A DNA stretch of 64,000 nt from Cyanidioschyzon merolae (taxonomy: Eukaryota). Below the pieces are notes generated by a model that saw only the letters and a list, made by a program, of their open reading frames with translations, searched no databases and was not told the DNA's origin. Positions 61,293-64,000 of this stretch are shown in pieces; the stretch's first letter is position 1, and each line of letters starts with the position of its first letter. Position numbers and translations under genes: made by a program. The stretch is from NCBI GenBank assembly GCA_000091205.1, contig AP006500.2; one strand, 5' to 3'.

Positions 61293-62552
61293 TCAGTAGA
61301 CAATGAGCCAGCGACCGTGGTAGCGACGACGCCTACCGAAACGTCGCCTCCAACGAAGGCGCCACGGAGCATACGCGCTAGCACGGAACTGGTGGTGTAG
61401 CACCAACGTGATCGAAGTTCCAGGAGACTTGCCACATGCGAAAGCGCTCTCTTGGCGGAGGCCGTTCATTTTCGGCACACGCTTCGATCGAGAACGCTGT
61501 GTACTGTCCGCGATGCCGGACTTGAGTGGCGATACAGACGGCGGGCAGACACGCGTAAACTCGCTAACGTTTGGAGAATTACAGGCACCACCGTTAACGG
61601 AAATCCGCCCCGCGCTTATTTTGGTCTTATTCTGTTGTGGTGATCCCTGGCGCTGGTGGCGAGCATCGGGCTCTCTTGCCTCAGATCTTGAGGGTTCGTT
61701 TTCCTGAGCAGGCCTCGCAAGAGCCGCATCATCTTCGAAGGCGTCGTGCGAAGATACGCTGCGAGCCGGCTGCACTGAATGCGTCTCCTCGGTCGCCTCG
61801 CGACTTTCTTGCGCATTCATCGCAACTACCACGCTCGATGCACCGATTCGAGGCTTTTCCAGCTTCTCGATATCGTCATATGGGCACCCTGCATACCGAG
61901 TACACAGCGGAGAGCGTTGTTCGTCGTTCCGTTTCGCTGCTTGCCAAAGTGTCCTTTCCAGTTCCGTGATTCTCTCTGATGCAGCCCCAGTACACGCTGC
62001 ACTTGTACCTGCGTTCTCCGAACTTCGCTCTGCGCAAAGCGAGCGAGCGCTGTCAGGTGTGTCCAAGGTAACAGCCGGCATCGCGGTGGCTATCGGCTTC
62101 TGGAGTGAAGCCGGTGTCAGCTCCGAGTCCATGTGGCACGCCTTCGTTGCACGAACATGTGGCGTGCCTTTTGATGTTCGAGACGGAAGCGGGCTCGGCA
62201 CATCAAATCCTAGTCGACGGAGCTCGCGTGCCGCCCGCGCCGTCAAGGGCACCGACTCAACGCCGCCGGCACAGGTCGGACCCGAATGAACACCCAGTCC
62301 GAACTCTGCAGACGGGAGTCCAGGCGATTCTAGCCCAAGAACTTTTATTGTTTGCTGCGGAGTGACACAAGCGGACGACGTTCCTGTAGGGTCGCCCCGG
62401 CTGTGTGCTCCACGCCGTTCGCGCTGGCCTCTCCCGGGTGTTTGTATTTCCACGGTTAGTCTGTCAGCTGACCCCAACTCCAGGGTATCCTGGCTCGATA
62501 CTGGACACCCGTCCTCGCTCTGGTATCTTTTGCTCCTGGAGCGTGTGATCAT
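61293..62552 (-). CDS. Hypothetical low-complexity (Ser/Ala/Arg-rich) protein; coding status uncertain.
   Basis: 419-aa ORF with no recognisable domain and an odd basic tail (...RWRRRFGRRRRYHGRWLIVY). It could be a genuine disordered protein or a chance ORF in GC-rich DNA. Confidence 0.3.
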   Translation of the reverse strand: MITRSRSKRYQSEDGCPVSSQDTLELGSADRLTVEIQTPGRGQRERRGAHSRGDPTGTSSACVTPQQTIKVLGLESPGLPSAEFGLGVHSGPTCAGGVESVPLTARAARELRRLGFDVPSPLPSRTSKGTPHVRATKACHMDSELTPASLQKPIATAMPAVTLDTPDSARSLCAERSSENAGTSAACTGAASERITELERTLWQAAKRNDEQRSPLCTRYAGCPYDDIEKLEKPRIGASSVVVAMNAQESREATEETHSVQPARSVSSHDAFEDDAALARPAQENEPSRSEAREPDARHQRQGSPQQNKTKISAGRISVNGGACNSPNVSEFTRVCPPSVSPLKSGIADSTQRSRSKRVPKMNGLRQESAFACGKSPGTSITLVLHHQFRASAYAPWRLRWRRRFGRRRRYHGRWLIVY

Positions 62553-63748
62553 CTTCTACACTGAAGGGAAACGAAGCACTGCTGGCCCCTGCTACACTCG
62601 CGAGGCACCCAAGGCATCCCGGTTCTGCAGGTAGCCGGCGGCTCGGATGCCTCTGTTGGCCGCGCTGGATCGCTAACCGCCAGAGCGGAAATGTAACGGC
62701 GCGAGGTTCGATTTGTCTCTGGGCGCTTTGAAAGCGCCTTTCGCACAGCGGTGCTCCCTCCGCAGGTCACAACACGCCAGACCTAAGCGGTGACTTAGTC
62801 TATGGAACATTGTGCGATTTGGCCTGCAGGTATGCTTCCGACTGAAGACTCGGAGGAAGCGAAGTGTACAGATCCGTCAGCGGAGGAATAAGGTATTTCA
62901 AGGTGCAGCTTCGAAGCATCTGGAATGCCGTGCTCGTATCTATGGGCATTGGGAGGCACGTGGCGGATAGATTTTGTACCGGCAGATGGCAGCAAGGCCA
63001 CATATTTTTATACGGGGACAAGATATTCCGGGATCGGCACGAACATGCTCATGTATTAGCGCTGGCGCATGCTTTGCACCAATGGAAAGTCCAAGGATAG
63101 TGCTTTCGCCTTGATCCGCTCTTCCGATATTCGAGGCCCTGATACGGGTACCACAGAGCGAGAATCCCTACCCGTAGAAAATTATGTTTCCAATGCTGTG
63201 AAGATAAACTATTGAAAGGAGAACCTTGCCGCGCCGACGGTTACCAGAAGTTCCTCTGGTCTGGCGCACTTGGCGTCGAGATTGGATTCTCTCTATCGTC
63301 GGTTGTCGCAAGCGCACAGTCGGGATACTTTCATGAGATTCACCGCTCGTACACCATGAGAAAATGCAACCTGAACAGTTAGTATGCACGCCGGGATCTC
63401 CCACTATACTCGACTGATGCGTGCAACGCTTGCTCTTCGTTGGTCTAGGGCGTGCACGCTGCGCACTAGCATACGAACCGCTACAATTTCCGATTCAGGA
63501 CTTGTCTCTTGATACGAGCCTTCGGCTATGCCATACCGAACTTAGCAGCCTCGCGTAAGCTTTCCACAAAACCGTCCTTGTCTTATTCCTGAGTAAATTT
63601 CGTTACATTGACACAGCGGAAACGTGGCGCACCTACCCAAACCTCGCCTGCATATCTGCGAAAACGCCTCGTAGCCGTTCGTGCGCCATTGTCCTCGAAC
63701 TTATTCGCCAACCTGGTACTTGCCGGCTTGCGATGCCGTTTGCGTGTT

Positions 63749-64000
63749 ATGCGCACCAAATGCATCCTACGAACACTACAGGCGGCGACAGTGCAGGCAG
63801 TACCAAAGTATGAGCCGCGGGAGTGCTGGTTCTATGACTTTGGCGATCGACTCCTTCCGTACGAGCCGGTGCACCGGTGGCAACAGCAGCTGCGTGCGAT
63901 CCGACTGGGGCGGAGCGGCGAAGCACCGGCAACGACGTTGCGATTTCCGGACGCTTTCATGTTGCTCACGCACACGCCAGTGTACACGCTAGGGACGGCT
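63749..64000 (+). CDS. 5' portion of a protein-coding gene running off the right edge (at least 84 aa); product unknown.
   Basis: In-frame stop at about 63590-63592. ATG at 63749: MRTKCILRTLQAATVQAVPKYEPRECWFYDFGDRLLPYEPVHRWQQQLRAIRLGRSGEAPATTLRFPDAFMLLTHTPVYTLGTA..., still open at 64000. It is absent from the ORF track because it has no stop in the window. The composition is protein-like. Confidence 0.35.
   Translation, partial: MRTKCILRTLQAATVQAVPKYEPRECWFYDFGDRLLPYEPVHRWQQQLRAIRLGRSGEAPATTLRFPDAFMLLTHTPVYTLGTA

Overview
This is a GC-rich, apparently intron-poor eukaryotic nuclear segment, not a prokaryotic locus. It carries about 27 protein genes on alternating strands, separated by 0.3-2 kb spacers, with no operon structure, CRISPR array, rRNA or convincing tRNA. 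I cannot assign the lineage from sequence alone.

**Genes recognised by motif, left to right:**
- A truncated conserved gene at the left edge (minus strand, 1..2210).
- A METTL25-like methyltransferase.
- A dolichol/phytol-kinase-family membrane protein.
- A Ser/Ala/Thr-rich hypothetical protein.
- Cytidine deaminase.
- Inorganic pyrophosphatase.
- Spermidine synthase.
- A 997-aa hypothetical protein.
- A HIRAN-SNF2-RING helicase (Rad5/HLTF-like).
- Enhancer of rudimentary (ERH).
- A 912-aa hypothetical protein.
- DDB1.
- A 5'-truncated, frameshifted non-LTR (LINE) reverse-transcriptase fragment directly upstream of DDB1.
- U3-55K/Rrp9 (WD40).
- Hsp33.
- Methylthioribose-1-phosphate isomerase.
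- An actin-related protein.
- A coiled-coil hypothetical protein.
- Cyclophilin with a polyQ N-terminal extension.
- A Sec1/Munc18 protein (Sly1-like).
- SPO11/TopoVIA.
- BolA.
- CMC1 (twin Cx9C).
- A low-complexity hypothetical protein.
- A gene start running off the right edge.

**Non-genic structure:**
- A 164-bp tandem repeat with about 2.7 copies (8773..9210).
- A 71/82-bp minisatellite with 8 copies and embedded (GT)n (17010..17635).
- Many in-frame trinucleotide microsatellites encoding polyQ, polyT and polyD.
- A previously unannotated dispersed repeat family of roughly 0.75 kb with three diverged copies (about 13040-13790 on +, about 26620-27330 on +, about 48800-49520 on -). The copies share conserved sequence blocks and an ORF.

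The supplied ORF track uses alternative start codons (TTG/GTG/CTG shown as M) and omits ORFs that run off the window edges. Many true ATG starts are therefore internal to the listed ORFs, and both edge genes are missing from the track. Many track ORFs are antisense shadows of real genes.
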